DNA of 63,947 bases, filler included, from Octopus bimaculoides (GCF_001194135.2; 7 parts of 6 records of this genome joined end to end with filler, not necessarily neighbours in it); one strand, 5' to 3'. Positions 26,697 to 38,853 are shown, counted from the whole stretch's first letter. Program-made: numbers and translations. Notes: generated by a model not told the origin, from the letters alone.

Positions 26697-27040
26697 GAGC
26701 TCGAACTCGACGCCGTCGGCCACAAATGACCGATGGGGTACAAGTCTGTGCGGAAAGTCGCCTCACCGGTGAACGCACAAACCTAGGGTTGTTTTTATGG
26801 AAGACCCGCAGTCGCCCATGCATGCCAGCATCCCCTCTCCACGCCAACGATGTTATCCAAGGGAAAGGCAAAGGCCGATACAACTTGGCACCAGTGACGA
26901 CGCAACTCATTTCTACAGCTGAGTGAACTGGAGCAACGTGAAATAAAGTGTCTTGCTCAAGAACACAACACGCAGCTCGGTCCGGGAATCGAACTCACAA
27001 CCTCACGATCGTAAGCTCGACGCTCTAACCACTAAGCCAT
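26697..27040 (-). mobile_element. tRNA-derived SINE, family C
   Basis: Minus-strand head atggcttagtggttagagcgtc..gtgagttcgattcccgg, core ttcttgagcaagacacttta. Confidence 0.85.
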
Positions 27041-27202
27041 ATATATATGCATATACATATATGTATGTGTGTGTATTTATATATATATGCATGCACACAT
27101 ACATACATACATATACACACACACACACACACTAACTCATATATGACAGTTACTCAGAGTTTGAAGTATATGTCTATTACATATATGCACATTTACATTT
27201 AT

Positions 27203-27936
27203 ATATCAGTTGAATGAAATTAAAATATGGTCGGTTTTCACGTTTGTATGGTATTTAAAAACAAATAATTTTTTTACAATGCTTAAGTGTGTTAAACATT
27301 AAAAAATATCTTGCAATGTTCATAAAGTTCAATTAGCGCTTCCATACTTTCGTAGTAATGATCAGATTTCAAAATATATTAAATTGACAGTTGAGTTCAT
27401 GACAACTGTAGTAAAATAACTGACGTCATCCTGTTTGTACTTCTTAGACGGTTCCAACAAGCTGAATTTTTGGAATACGGTTTTGACCAATCCGCATGCA
27501 GCTTAAATGTCATAGAGCCTTCCTTTATTTTAACCAGTTAGCTTGCGGTTTACATGTAATGGTTTTATGAGTAAGCAAACTTGATTGGTTTCGATCGTTT
27601 TTATTTCAATTGGTGGGAGTGTTCTGCAATTTGTTTATATTCATATGTTAAAGATATTTTTTAATCCACATCATTAACTGGTTATGTTATTGTTGTTATT
27701 TCCGTTCAGAACAGGTTTTAACATTTTAATAAACCGTCTTTGTTTTATTTTTCTTCCAACCTCACTTGAAATCTGATGATTACTACGAATGTATTAAAGT
27801 GCTTATTGAACTTTATGAACATTACAAAATATTATTTTAAACTTCAACACACTTCATCATTGTAAAAAAGAATTTTAATACCATTATAAAAAACGTGAAA
27901 ACCAGACCATGTTTTAACTTTATTTAACTGACATAT
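27203..27936. mobile_element. Fold-back/MITE-like element with about 170-bp imperfect inverted arms
   Basis: Arms 27203-27372 and 27766-27936; perfect 19-bp core at 27315-27333/27805-27823. Confidence 0.7.
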
Positions 27937-28392
27937 TGTTCTACACGCATTTACACAAATTCGGAAAAATATACATATATATATATATCTTGATAATACT
28001 AAACCTGTAGGGATGTTTGTGTGTTACTGAAATATCTCAGGAATAGTATATTTTATCTTAATTTGTTTTTACATATTTACTTTCATACTTAGCTTCGGCA
28101 ATGCAGTACAGATTTTTGTGACATTTGGACCTCTATTTAAACGATTAAACACAATTTTTGTTCTTTTTGACGATACAATACATGGCTTCCATGACGTCGA
28201 CATACATACACACACAGAATAATGAATGTTATGGCGTGTCAACCAACACAAACACACGTCCGCTATCTATGACATATACACACACATGGACATTTTGACG
28301 TACACAATATTTTAATCATTTAAAAATATTTTTAACTGAATATGATTTCATCATCCGGTGTTCGTTAATTTCAATAAAAAATTGTCATTTAT

Positions 28393-28663
28393 TTACTTTT
28401 GTTTTAAAGTGAAAGAGAAGAGAAAGGGAAAGATGTATGGACGTGTGTGCGTGTGAAAGAGGGAAAGAGAGCTAAAGGAAGAGAGAGAGTGAGTGAAGGG
28501 GTGTGTTGTCATGCATACGTACATACATTAATACATATGCGTACATCTTTTTTCTATGTATGTGTGCATGTGTGTATGAGAGAAGAGAGAGGCTGTGTGT
28601 TTGAGTGAGTAAACGTCTGTTCTCATGTATGTGTAAGTAGCGCACTTTCTTTCTATCTTTCTT

Positions 28664-28703
<40 letters not shown>

Positions 28704-28804
28704 AGTCTCTCACTCTCTCTCTCTCTCTCACACACACATTCATTTCATATACACGTTCATACATCTTTCACTTTCTCTCCTCTTTCACTTTAAAACAAAA
28801 GTAA
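28393..28804. mobile_element. MITE-like element with about 53-bp inverted termini
   Basis: ttacttttgttttaaagtgaaagag..gatgtatggacgtg (28393-28445) versus its near-exact reverse complement at 28752-28804. Confidence 0.65.
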
Positions 28805-28930
28805 CAGGTCATTTCCAGGATAAAAATTGTTAAACAAATTTTCTACTTAGGTAAATTGATTGCTATTGTTTGGATAGTTCCAATTAAATAAGTCCAAAAG
28901 TTAGCTTAAATATATATATATATATATATA

Positions 28931-29030
28931 NNNNNNNNNNNNNNNNNNNNNNNNNNNNNNNNNNNNNNNNNNNNTTAATTAATTAANNNNNNNNNNNNNN
29001 NNNNNNNNNNNNNNNNNNNNNNNNNNNNNN
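28931..29030. other. Artificial linker N44-TTAATTAATTAA-N44
   Basis: Direct. Confidence 0.9.
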
Positions 29031-29463
29031 TTCAACACGGCTATTCAAGAGAAAAGGCCTAATCGGAAGCATGGAGTTCTTCTGCTGCACAACAACGACC
29101 GCCCTCATATCGCCAATATGACCAAGGAAGCCATTCAAATGCATGACTGGGAAGTGCTGCCACACCCACCGTACTCTCATGATTTGGCACCAACGGATTT
29201 CCACCTCTTTCGATCTTTTTTAAATGCTATACGCGGAGTTTCGTTCAATACTGATGCAGAATTGAGAGCTTGGTTGGATCAATTTTTCGAGTCGAAATCG
29301 GGTGAATTTTACCAACGAGGTATTGAAAATCTTGTTGAACGTTGGGAAAAAGTTGTAAACAACAAGGGTGAAACATTATTGATTAATTAGTTGTTATTTT
29401 TTTATTAAACCTTTCACAAAATTTAAATTTAAAAAAACAGCGGGAACTTAGTTGCCAACCCAA
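29031..29463 (+). mobile_element. Mariner transposon 3' part with right TIR
   Basis: GVLLLHNNDRPHIA..WEVLPHPPYSHDLAPTDFHLFRSF..GIENLVERWEKVV; ends gggaacttagttgccaacccaa followed by TA. Confidence 0.92.
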
Positions 29464-29519
29464 TATATATATATATATATATATAATACAAATGATATAT
29501 AAGCATATGCATGTATACA

Positions 29520-29725
29520 TACATATATGTACATACCTACATCTGCATGTACAGGACGGGTACAGGACGTTAGAAAAATGAACGGGAACATAAAAACAAA
29601 ACGGTCTTTGTTTGCAGACAACAGAACGAACACATAGGAAAACAAACAAGCCACTTATGGAATTATTACTTCATCAGCTGCCTTTATTCTAAAACTAGGC
29701 GTTTCGAAGATAAGGCAGGACGCAC
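29520..29725 (-). mobile_element. Short non-autonomous element (family E) carrying a re-ordered hammerhead core
   Basis: Related copies at 39101, 41685, 56823 and 61150. Minus strand reads GCGTC-CTGCCTT..CTTC-GAAACGC..AAGGCAG-CTGATGA. Confidence 0.7.
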
Positions 29726-31260
29726 TCTTAAAATAGTTTCTTCCTGAGTAGTGGATTAATCCACTAAACAGAGGATTCCAAGGTAGCAAACACAAACCAA
29801 GACAGGAAAAATTGGACAGTGAAAACAACATTAAAAAGCCGTAGGGCCAAACGCGATGGGATAGCGCTACACATGTAGACCTAATTATCTCTAGATATGT
29901 TGATATAGACAGTCAGACATACGCACGTGAGTGTGTGTGTTTGTAAAATAAACAAGTTACTTAAAAATAAATTTGAGGTCACTCATGAACATCTCTACCA
30001 TGTAAAAGTATAATTTTTTTTTCTCTATTTACATTTCTACTTTACTTATATTTGGCTTATGATGTAATTTTAATTTTCCTTTCAGATTTTACGAAAATAT
30101 ATTATCAGAAGATTTATTATAGAAAATGTTATGGTGTAGCAACGCTTGAAGATTATTAAAGCTTATTCTTGAAAATTATCGCGTCATTGTTCAGAAAGCA
30201 TACATCACTATTTCCATGTAAGAAAAATCGTTTATGAAACCTGTAATACTTCACTTGGTACAACGTATATAATGTTTCCAGCAACAACATCGGTTAGTGG
30301 TTTGCCGCGAACCGGAAGAGCACGTTTAGTATAGGTGACATATTAAAATGTGTGTATGTATGCCTGCCTGTACGTTTGTCTGTACGTGTGTGTGTGTGTG
30401 TGTGTATTTTACTCTTTTACTTGTTTCAGTCATTTGACTGCGGCCATGCTGGAGCTGTGATAAGAAAAAAAATCCCCACAAATGGTTTTAATATAGATTT
30501 AACAGAAAGACTTGGAAGAAGTAGATGAAAGTTATCCGGTAATTTTCTTTCATGTAAATAAATGTTTCTGTTAATTTAGAAATTTGCCAGCAGATTCTTA
30601 TAAAATGACAATGTTCTAAAAGATGTACATGTTTGTTATATATATAAATGTTCATTCGTTGCAGGTGAAATTTTCCGTTTTCATTTGCAACACTCTCTCT
30701 TTCTCTCGCCTCTATATTCATCAATGATAATTTAATATATATTCATTTCAATATTTTCTTTTCGAGTTTTAATTCGCTATATACGTAATACAAAAGAAAT
30801 ATTTATTGAAAGAATGAATACTATTAGATAAAATAGCTGTATAACTTTGACGTTTATTTTTGATAAAATGAAAATTTTTTAGTATACCGGTATAATTTTT
30901 TTTAAAAAGATTAATAAGTGATTTTGTTGGTATGGCTGTTTGGAACGCCTTACAATAATAACTATGTGATCGCTGCTATTGCGGGTACGTTAAAGTTTGT
31001 TTAAATTAGAGATATTTTACAACTACGATAAATTATTGAAAGAAATATTTACTAAGCAAGTGAGATTTTTTTATAAATAAAATTTTTCAAGAAAATTTAC
31101 TTTCTGAACTTCCTTTTATGATTGAATATTTCAAATTCACAAATTTAAATATTCGGTACAAAATAGTTTTTAACGAGCTTTTATTTATACAATGTTTTCA
31201 TTTCATGTTTATTTCATTCATTGTTTGTAATGTTCTGTCTCCTCACTCTCNNNNNNNNNN

Positions 31261-31292
<32 letters not shown>

Positions 31293-32571
31293 ACCTCCCG
31301 GAAGGCGGTCTTTCTTCTAGTAATAATAATGATAATAATAATGATAACTGGATAGATAGGTATAATATATGAGATATTTTTATATACGCTTTGATATAGT
31401 TTCATTATTTTCATTTGCTCGTTCGCAATGATACACATACATACACACACAGATGCACACAAATACACATACACACATACATGCACACGCGCGCGCACAC
31501 ATAATACCACGAGGTCGTAGACTTCATATCACTATGTGATGCCTGGGACAAATTTCTTCTACCATAAGCCTAGATGCGAAATCGGGTCGACGAAAACTTT
31601 ATGGAAGCTCGTCGGGTGGATTGCATCTGTGATTTAAAGTACAGCCTTGTCACTAAGCCATATCGATTCGGTCTGAGAATTACACGTGTCCGTGGAATGT
31701 TCATTTACTTACATGCTAAGTTCATTAGATCGAACATCGAGTGTTCATAGTAGAAACTGACGGAGAACCATTTAGTTATTTTACTTCATAGATGGTTTAT
31801 AAGTTACCGACTTTGTAGGATGTCAGTATTTGTAGTTTTGCTATTCCCAACCGTGCTGTCATATTCTTTGGCCTGTACAATAGAGAAGAAACTTGTACAA
31901 TAGAAAAAGACTTGATGAAGAAGATATAGAAACAGTTATATTGGCAATTCGGACACTAAGAGCTGTAATAGTGCCAATTGCTGGCACCAACACATCACTG
32001 GATAATTAATAACGGATATCTATTTAGAATATAAACAATCTGTCCAAACGGAACATGACTATGACTACGTTGGAACTGGTTAAGACCAGATAAGCTCGGA
32101 ATCGAATATTTTTAGGTTTTTCAGACCAGCATGTTCTCTCAGGGGGAAGGGGGGTTAGCCCCCCACCCACCCACACCCACCCACCTCCACACCTACCCGA
32201 AAGTATTTTAGAGTAAGATAAANNNNNNNNNNNNNNNNNNNNNNNNNNNNNNNNNNNNNNNNNNNNNNNNNNNNNNNNNNNNNNNNNNNNNNNNNNNNNN
32301 NNNNNNNNNNNNNNNNNNNNNNNNNNNNNNNNNNNNNNNNNNNNNNNNNNNNNNNNNNNNNNNNNNNNNNNNNNNNNNNNNNNNNNNNNNNNNNNNNNNN
32401 NNNNNNNNNNNNNNNNNNNNNNNNNNNNNNNNNNNNNNNNNNNNNNNNNNNNNNNNATATATAAACAAATAGTAAATGAGTATATGCATATATACGTACA
32501 GGTATGTGCATACCGACATCCACCTGTATGTATAGGTGCATATCTGGGTACAAGACATTGCAAACAAAACG

Positions 32572-32606
<35 letters not shown>

Positions 32607-32794
32607 GGGCGTAACAAGGTTTCCGGTTCAGTTCCATTGTAGAAGGCCTAGGATGTCTTCTACTATAGCACCGGGTTGACCTGTGTGTGTGCGTGTGTGT
32701 GTGTGTGTGTGTGTATGTTTTCGTTTGTACTTCTGTATTTGCATTTAACCTCCACCGGTTGACAACCAGTTTATATTATATATATATATATATA

Positions 32795-33073
32795 TTCTTT
32801 TATTCTGTAACTTGTTTCACTCATTTGACTGCAGCCATGCTGGAGCACCGTCTTTAGTCGAACAAATGGACCCCAGGACTTCTTCTTTGTAAGCCTAGTA
32901 CTTATTCTATCGGTCTCTTTTTGTCGAACCCCTAAGTTACGGGGACTTAAACACACCAACATCGCTTATAAGGTTTTGGTTGTCTCGAAGCCATCGTAGT
33001 AAACACCCACCCGAGGTGTCACTGAACTCAGCACCATATGGTTGGGAAGGAAACTTCTTACCACACAGCCACG
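32795..33073 (-). mobile_element. Family A SINE with internal deletion
   Basis: Tail and head both match family A. Confidence 0.85.
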
Positions 33074-33926
33074 CAAACTAAAATAGAAACAGATAACACG
33101 ATGCTCGTCACGTACAGTTGTTCAGTTCTCAAATTGAAACAATGCATATACAACCGTTTAGATAAATACTATAGTCGCTGAGTAATATGTATTCCATTAC
33201 TGCATCTCAAAATCAATCCTATAAAACTCGCACGAAAAAATATGTCGCATGTGTCAATGACCTTACAACAAGATTTGTTTAATGCCTGCTGTCTAGACTA
33301 ACAAAGATATCGAAGCTAAGATCACTTCAAATACAGGCAAGCAAGAAAATCCATGTCCTGGTTTTAGTTTTCTGTTGTTATTTCATTCACTGACAGATAT
33401 TTCGTTCCTTTCTTACCGAAACATCGTTTAGTTGAAAAACAAGATGTAGAAATGTAAGTTTAAAACCGTTGAAAGTAATAATTCGTGAACCAGTATGCTT
33501 ATGAAAAATATATGCTACAACACTCAAAGTAATTTTATCAAGTAGAGCAAAATCCTACGTAAAATAGCCTCATAGAATGCATACGACACATTTATCTTTC
33601 ATCACATGATTTATGCGCAGAACATAATAAGTACACTTTGGGTCAAGTGCCTTAGAGTAGTCGGACATCTTGATCCTAATCAATGCGGGAGGGAACCTCT
33701 ACGTCACCACTAGACCTGCTAAGAAGATCAGCAAAATTTCTCTCAAATTACACCCTGTTGTCTTTTATTTAATTTCATTTATTTGAAAGACAAAATATAT
33801 AGGCGAAATGATTGAGATGATTAAAATAATAACAATAAAACTGGAAGCATCCTTAAGAAGGAATAAAAGTAAAATTTGAAAAGATTTAACCGAAAACAAC
33901 ACTAAATTAATATATTTCTATTTAAT

Positions 33927-34139
33927 AAGGCGGCTAGCTGGCAAAATCGTTAGCTCGTCGTACAAAATACTTAGAACGTATAGACGGACTAACTACTGCT
34001 AAGTTCAATTACCGCCGATGTCGACTTTACATTTCATCCTTTCAGGGTTGATAAAATAAGTACCAGTTAATCACTGGGGTCGATGTAATCGACTTCCTCC
34101 TTCCCCGAAATTACTGGTCTTGTGCCAAAATTTGAAACC
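33927..34139 (+). mobile_element. Family B SINE
   Basis: aaggcggctagctggcaaaatcgttagc..tttcatcctttcagggttgataaaataagtaccag..cttgtgccaaaatttgaaacc. Confidence 0.85.
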
Positions 34140-34345
34140 AATGTATTTGTGTGTGTGTATTTCTCATTTAATGAAACTTAATAGGTAACTTCTAATCACT
34201 TAAATATTGGTTTCGCTTATTTGGAATATCCTAATCTATTTTTGTATTTTCCCGGATTGTTTAGGTTTCAACGTCAGTTCAGCAAATATATGTACCTATA
34301 ACGAAAAATCACCTTTTTATTGAATTTAGAACGATATAAAGTCAT

Positions 34346-34453
34346 TTGACCCTTTAGCATACAGATTATTCAGTCAAAAGTAATGCTTATTTACTGACAT
34401 TGTTTTGATTTAATCTTGCATTATCTCATATCTTCAAAATTTCAATGATGTTT

Positions 34454-34489
<36 letters not shown>

Positions 34490-34675
34490 CACCGCCTGGA
34501 ATCGAACTCTGAATTTTGGGGTTAGTAACCCGCGCTCTAAACCACTACGCCATATGCCCGTAGGTGTGATTGTAAAGTTTTAGAATGAGAGGCCAGACCT
34601 AACTGGTTTGAAAACAAAACAAAAAAAGTAGAATATTTGGACCGGATACGGCCGGTTTAAATTTTAAAAAGTTAA
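34346..34675. mobile_element. Possible piggyBac-type MITE interrupted by a SINE
   Basis: Ends ttga-ccctttagcat and attttaaaaag-ttaa give only a degenerate TIR match (7/11) with TTAA-like flanks. The call partly rests on my recollection of a similar octopus repeat. Confidence 0.35.
34455..34562 (-). mobile_element. Short tRNA-like SINE with (AAT)n tail
   Basis: Minus strand gggcatatggcgtagtggtttagagcgcgggttactaaccccaaaattcagagttcgattccaggcggtgg, followed directly by (aat)n. Confidence 0.8.
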
Positions 34676-34940
34676 ATTCTGTCGGGGTGTGGTTTTCCTG
34701 TCGTCTCCCACCCAAGACGCTATATTTATAAAGTACATACCAGTCATGTTCCAGGTTCGATTTCATCTACTATACATGTTCCCAAGGAATATGTAAGTCT
34801 TGTCTTAAAATCATAAAATCATTTTAGCCCTTTGCCTGTCCAAAGCATTTTCATAAGTTTGCTCTACATGTCGACACTTGTTTCCAGACTTTCAGTTAAC
34901 CCTTGTCCTATACGTTCTGATGGTTGAAAAATATTGGGAA

Positions 34941-35085
34941 TGTGGTAAGAAGCTTGTTCCGGGTTCAATCTCACTGCGTGGCATCTTGGGCAAGTGTTTT
35001 CTACTATAGCCTCGGGCCGACCAAAGCCTTGTGAGTGGATTTGGTAGACGGAAACTGAAAGAAACCCGTCGTATATATGTATATA
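34941..35085 (+). mobile_element. Family A SINE, 5' half
   Basis: gttccgggttcaatc..cttgggcaagtgttttctactatagcctcgggccgaccaaagccttgtgagtggatttggtagacgg. Confidence 0.9.
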
Positions 35086-35733
35086 TGAATTCCTGAAGAT
35101 GCAATAACAGTGACCGATGCAAAAATACCAGGAGAAATAATTTATTAGTATTGAAATTATCAGCAATATCTGTATTTAGTAAAAAAAATGTGGTTAAAAT
35201 ATTGAAAATAGCAAATTTCCTTTAGGGTGTACATATATTTGTAACGTTTGAAAATTAATATTTCATTCATATCTTTGAAAATGTTTATTGTTTTGTGTTC
35301 CAAATTTGAATAATGTTTGCATGCATAATATATTTTATTCAGTATAAATTTCGTTTGATTTCCTTTGATATTATCAGACTAATGGCAANNNNNNNNNNNN
35401 NNNNNNNNNNNNNNNNNNNNNNNNNNNNNNNNNNNNNNNNNNNNNNNNNNNNNNNNNNNNNNNNNNNNNNNNNNNNNNNNNNNNNNNNNNNNNNNNNNNN
35501 NNNNNNNNNNNNNNNNNNNNNNNNNNNNNNNNNNNNNNNNNNNNNNNNNNNNNNNNNNNNNNNNNNNNNNNNNNNNNNNNNNNNNNNNNNNNNNNNNNNN
35601 NNNNNNNNNATATATGTATATGTATTACTTATATATATATATACATATTGCATATAATAAAATGTAACAAACATAATTCAACTAACCTAAATTGTGATTA
35701 TACGTAAACACTGTTTTTGCGCCATTACTTCGT

Positions 35734-35793
<60 letters not shown>

Positions 35794-36089
35794 CCTGTAT
35801 TAATCGAAGTGTATAGTATTATATATTATATACTACAGCCGATCTTACATATAATGTAGGTTGGAAAAATCTAAACTGTTCCTCTTGAAGCACATCTGTT
35901 CATTCCAGTATTACAATCCAGTATGTAGTTGTTATTGTTGTATTGATGTGAGATACATATCAAGAGTTGAAGATATTGTTTGCAGGAATTCGGAAATTTT
36001 TTTGATATTATTCATTTCATTTGCTAATATAATGAATAAATAATGCCAAAAAATTTTCGAGTTTCCTGTTTTGTTAAATATATATATAT

Positions 36090-36265
36090 ATGCTTGGCGA
36101 TGCTTGACCGCTAGATCCACAAGTTCTTTTTTTTCTCTCTGTTTATTTTCTCTTATTCTTTTCTGTTGAAGAACCTAGGCTCGAAACGTAAAAGACTTTC
36201 TCACTTTCCCGAGCGTCAAACTAACCTGCTTCGTCTTTTGTTTTTCTGTAAATTTCAACTATATA
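36090..36265 (+). mobile_element. Short repeat (putative PLE terminus) with a minimal hammerhead-like motif at 36158-36196
   Basis: tttt-CTGTTGA-A-GAAC-ctag-GCTC-GAAACGTA-aaag. A truncated antisense relative lies at 42878-42958. Confidence 0.55.
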
Positions 36266-36449
36266 TACATATATATAAACAGCCTTATCTTCACATATAT
36301 TTCCTGTAAGTTCTAAGTAAACGTATTCCTTCACCTCTAAATTTTATCGCTCCAATCACTATTTGGCCTTGAGCTACCTTCTCGGACAGTATGAGTTTTG
36401 TTTTCATGCTATTTTTTATTTTTTATTTTGATGGCTTCTTTTGATCTCT

Positions 36450-36765
36450 AGGTGACCAGCTTGGTCAACGCAGTCTGCTGTTGATCTGAGATGTCTGCCA
36501 TTAGCACAATGTCATCTGCGAATCATATGTTTGCTTATAGTTTGCTGTTGATGTTGACGCAACCTTTCCAATCAATAGATGCGAAGAGATGATATCTCCG
36601 TGCTGATCCCTTCGCCGACTGGAACTCTTATGAGTGATGACTAGAAATATGTCAGTGGTACATCCCGAGTTCGTCTCCTAAGAAGTTTGATACATTTTGT
36701 TTCAACTCTTCGCATCTTCAGACACTTCATCATCACATTGACTTTGAGCTATAGAAAGTCTTTAC
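36450..36765 (-). mobile_element. RTE-clade LINE reverse transcriptase fragment
   Basis: QHGDIIS (RQGD.ISP-like) and DWKGCVNINSKL*ANI*FADDIVLMA. Confidence 0.75.
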
Positions 36766-38226
36766 ATATTGAACGAATGCAGCGCATAGAATCATCTTGG
36801 ATTTTTACGCTTGTTCTAGACGCTGTGTTAACGTGAATATGTAAGTGGTCTCCCTCAATTGCTGGTCGTCGTTGATGTTTCGATAATCTGGTAACAATTA
36901 CCTTTATAAACAGTTGAGTAGTAGGATAGTTTTTCACTTCTTCCCGATCAACCTTCAACCTTATTTATATTTTCATGTGAGTATCTTCTCGCTCGGATTA
37001 CTTCATATATATATATATATAGTCTGACCCATAATCCATTTTATAAAGTATTTTCCCTCGTACATATTGAACCTAAGGTCTACCAGTTTATCGCAAATCA
37101 TTTAATGATATCTGTCGCTCGAAATGTATCACGTGATGTATAGCTGGTTTCGTAGGCGGATTACTGACACGAGAATAGTGAACGTATACTGTCTTCGAAT
37201 AATGAGGAACTGATTTCATTGTTTAATTTTATGATTTTACTCGTTGCTTCACCGTGTTTTTTCTTTTCATTTTTTCCTTCTTTTTTTTTTACTTTCCATA
37301 TTTTCCAAGAATGTGTAGTGGCTAGCGATCTATCATGGCGATGTGTGTGTGTGTGTGTGTGTATTCAGTAGCATTGTTTACATTCTTCATTTAGGGTTTC
37401 TTCGCTCCTTCATGTTTCATTCACTCTTTCTTCCCCTTGTTTCTGTCTCTCTTTTCCCTTTCTATCTCTGATATATTTTCTATCCTCCAATACTTTCCTT
37501 CTCTTTTTTTTTCTCCCCACTATACTTCTTTCTACACATGCTCCACGTTTCCATTCACTACGTTCTTCGCTTTACACCCACACACATACAACATCAACAA
37601 CAACAACAACAACAACCAGGCGCTTTATATATGTGTGCATTATTTATATACATATGCGGAGGTGGAGCTATGATATGTGTTCTGCCCGAGTTACGTAGAC
37701 AATCCCTTGTCATGTCATTCTTCTCCATTCTGCCGTGAACAAGTAAGTGACCCTTTAGAAACATCATTGTTTACAAAAGAGTTATAAAGATGTAAAAACG
37801 ATAAGGAAAAATAAAACCAAAAAAAAAGAAGAAGAAGAATTACATCAGACGAATATCGACTGCATTTTTAATGCAACCAACATTCATATAAAACAATCGA
37901 CAGAAATAAAAGTTGCATCTAATTGTTTTGTTCTCAAGACGATGGAATACATATACACGGCAGTCTAGGTATTAATTATATAACCACTAAGGCGTATGTA
38001 TCTATTACTGCATCTCAAAATAAAACGTATAGTTTTTTTTTTTTATGTATTGTCGTGTCAATGACCTGCCAACAATAATTTAGGTTATGCCTGCTTGTCT
38101 AGGCTGGCAATGAAATCGAAGCAACAAAGCTCACCTCAATTGCAATCATGTAAATCTATGCTTTTGGTTATCTTAGCATTAGTTTTCTGTTGTAACTTCA
38201 TTCATTGATCAATATCATTGCCCTAT

Positions 38227-38447
38227 TAAGGCGGCGAGCTGGCAGAAGCGTTGGCACGCCGGGCGAAATGCTTCGTGGTATTTCGTCTGTCTTTACGTTC
38301 TGAGTTCAAATTCCGCCAAGTACGACTTTGCCTTTCATCCTTTCGGGGTCGATAAATTAAGTACCAGTTGCGTACTGAGGTCGATCTAATCGCCAGCCCC
38401 ACCCCAAAAAAAATTTCGGGCCTTGTGCTTACAGTAGAAAAGAATAT
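38227..38447 (+). mobile_element. Family B SINE, near full length
   Basis: taaggcggcgagctggcagaagcgttggcacgccgggcgaaatgctt..gcctttcatcctttcggggtcgataaattaagtaccag. Confidence 0.9.
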
Positions 38448-38486
38448 TACTAAGACAGCGAGTTGGCGGAGTCGTTAGCATGCTCA

Positions 38487-38568
38487 CAACCTCCGGTCTG
38501 GGAATCGAAACGGCGTTCTTATGACCGCGAGTCCGCTGCCCTAACCACTGGGCCATTGCGCCTCCACA
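38487..38568 (-). mobile_element. tRNA-like SINE head abutting a truncated family B head (38451-38486)
   Basis: Minus strand gtggaggcgcaatggcccagtggttagggcagcggactcgcggtc..gtttcgattcccagaccgg. Confidence 0.75.
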
Positions 38569-38579
38569 AAAGAAAGTGT

Positions 38580-38679
38580 NNNNNNNNNNNNNNNNNNNNN
38601 NNNNNNNNNNNNNNNNNNNNNNNTTAATTAATTAANNNNNNNNNNNNNNNNNNNNNNNNNNNNNNNNNNNNNNNNNNNN
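38580..38679. other. Artificial linker N44-TTAATTAATTAA-N44
   Basis: Direct. Confidence 0.9.
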
Positions 38680-38853
38680 TGCACTACTGGGCACAGCACA
38701 CATCCTACGCAAAACACTTTCAATACAGTAACCATAAGAGCACCACAGCAAACCACAGCACATACCCAAGGCGCACAGAGCTGCGCTCGGTAGTGAAGTG
38801 AAAGCACGTTATAAAAATAAAACTACTGAACAATAATAATAATAATAATAATG

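Noticed and set aside
26960-27040. tRNA gene call for SINE heads (also 15350-15437, 34490-34562, 38487-38568)
   Set aside because: A/B boxes are present but I could not build a full acceptor stem; they continue into SINE bodies or tails.
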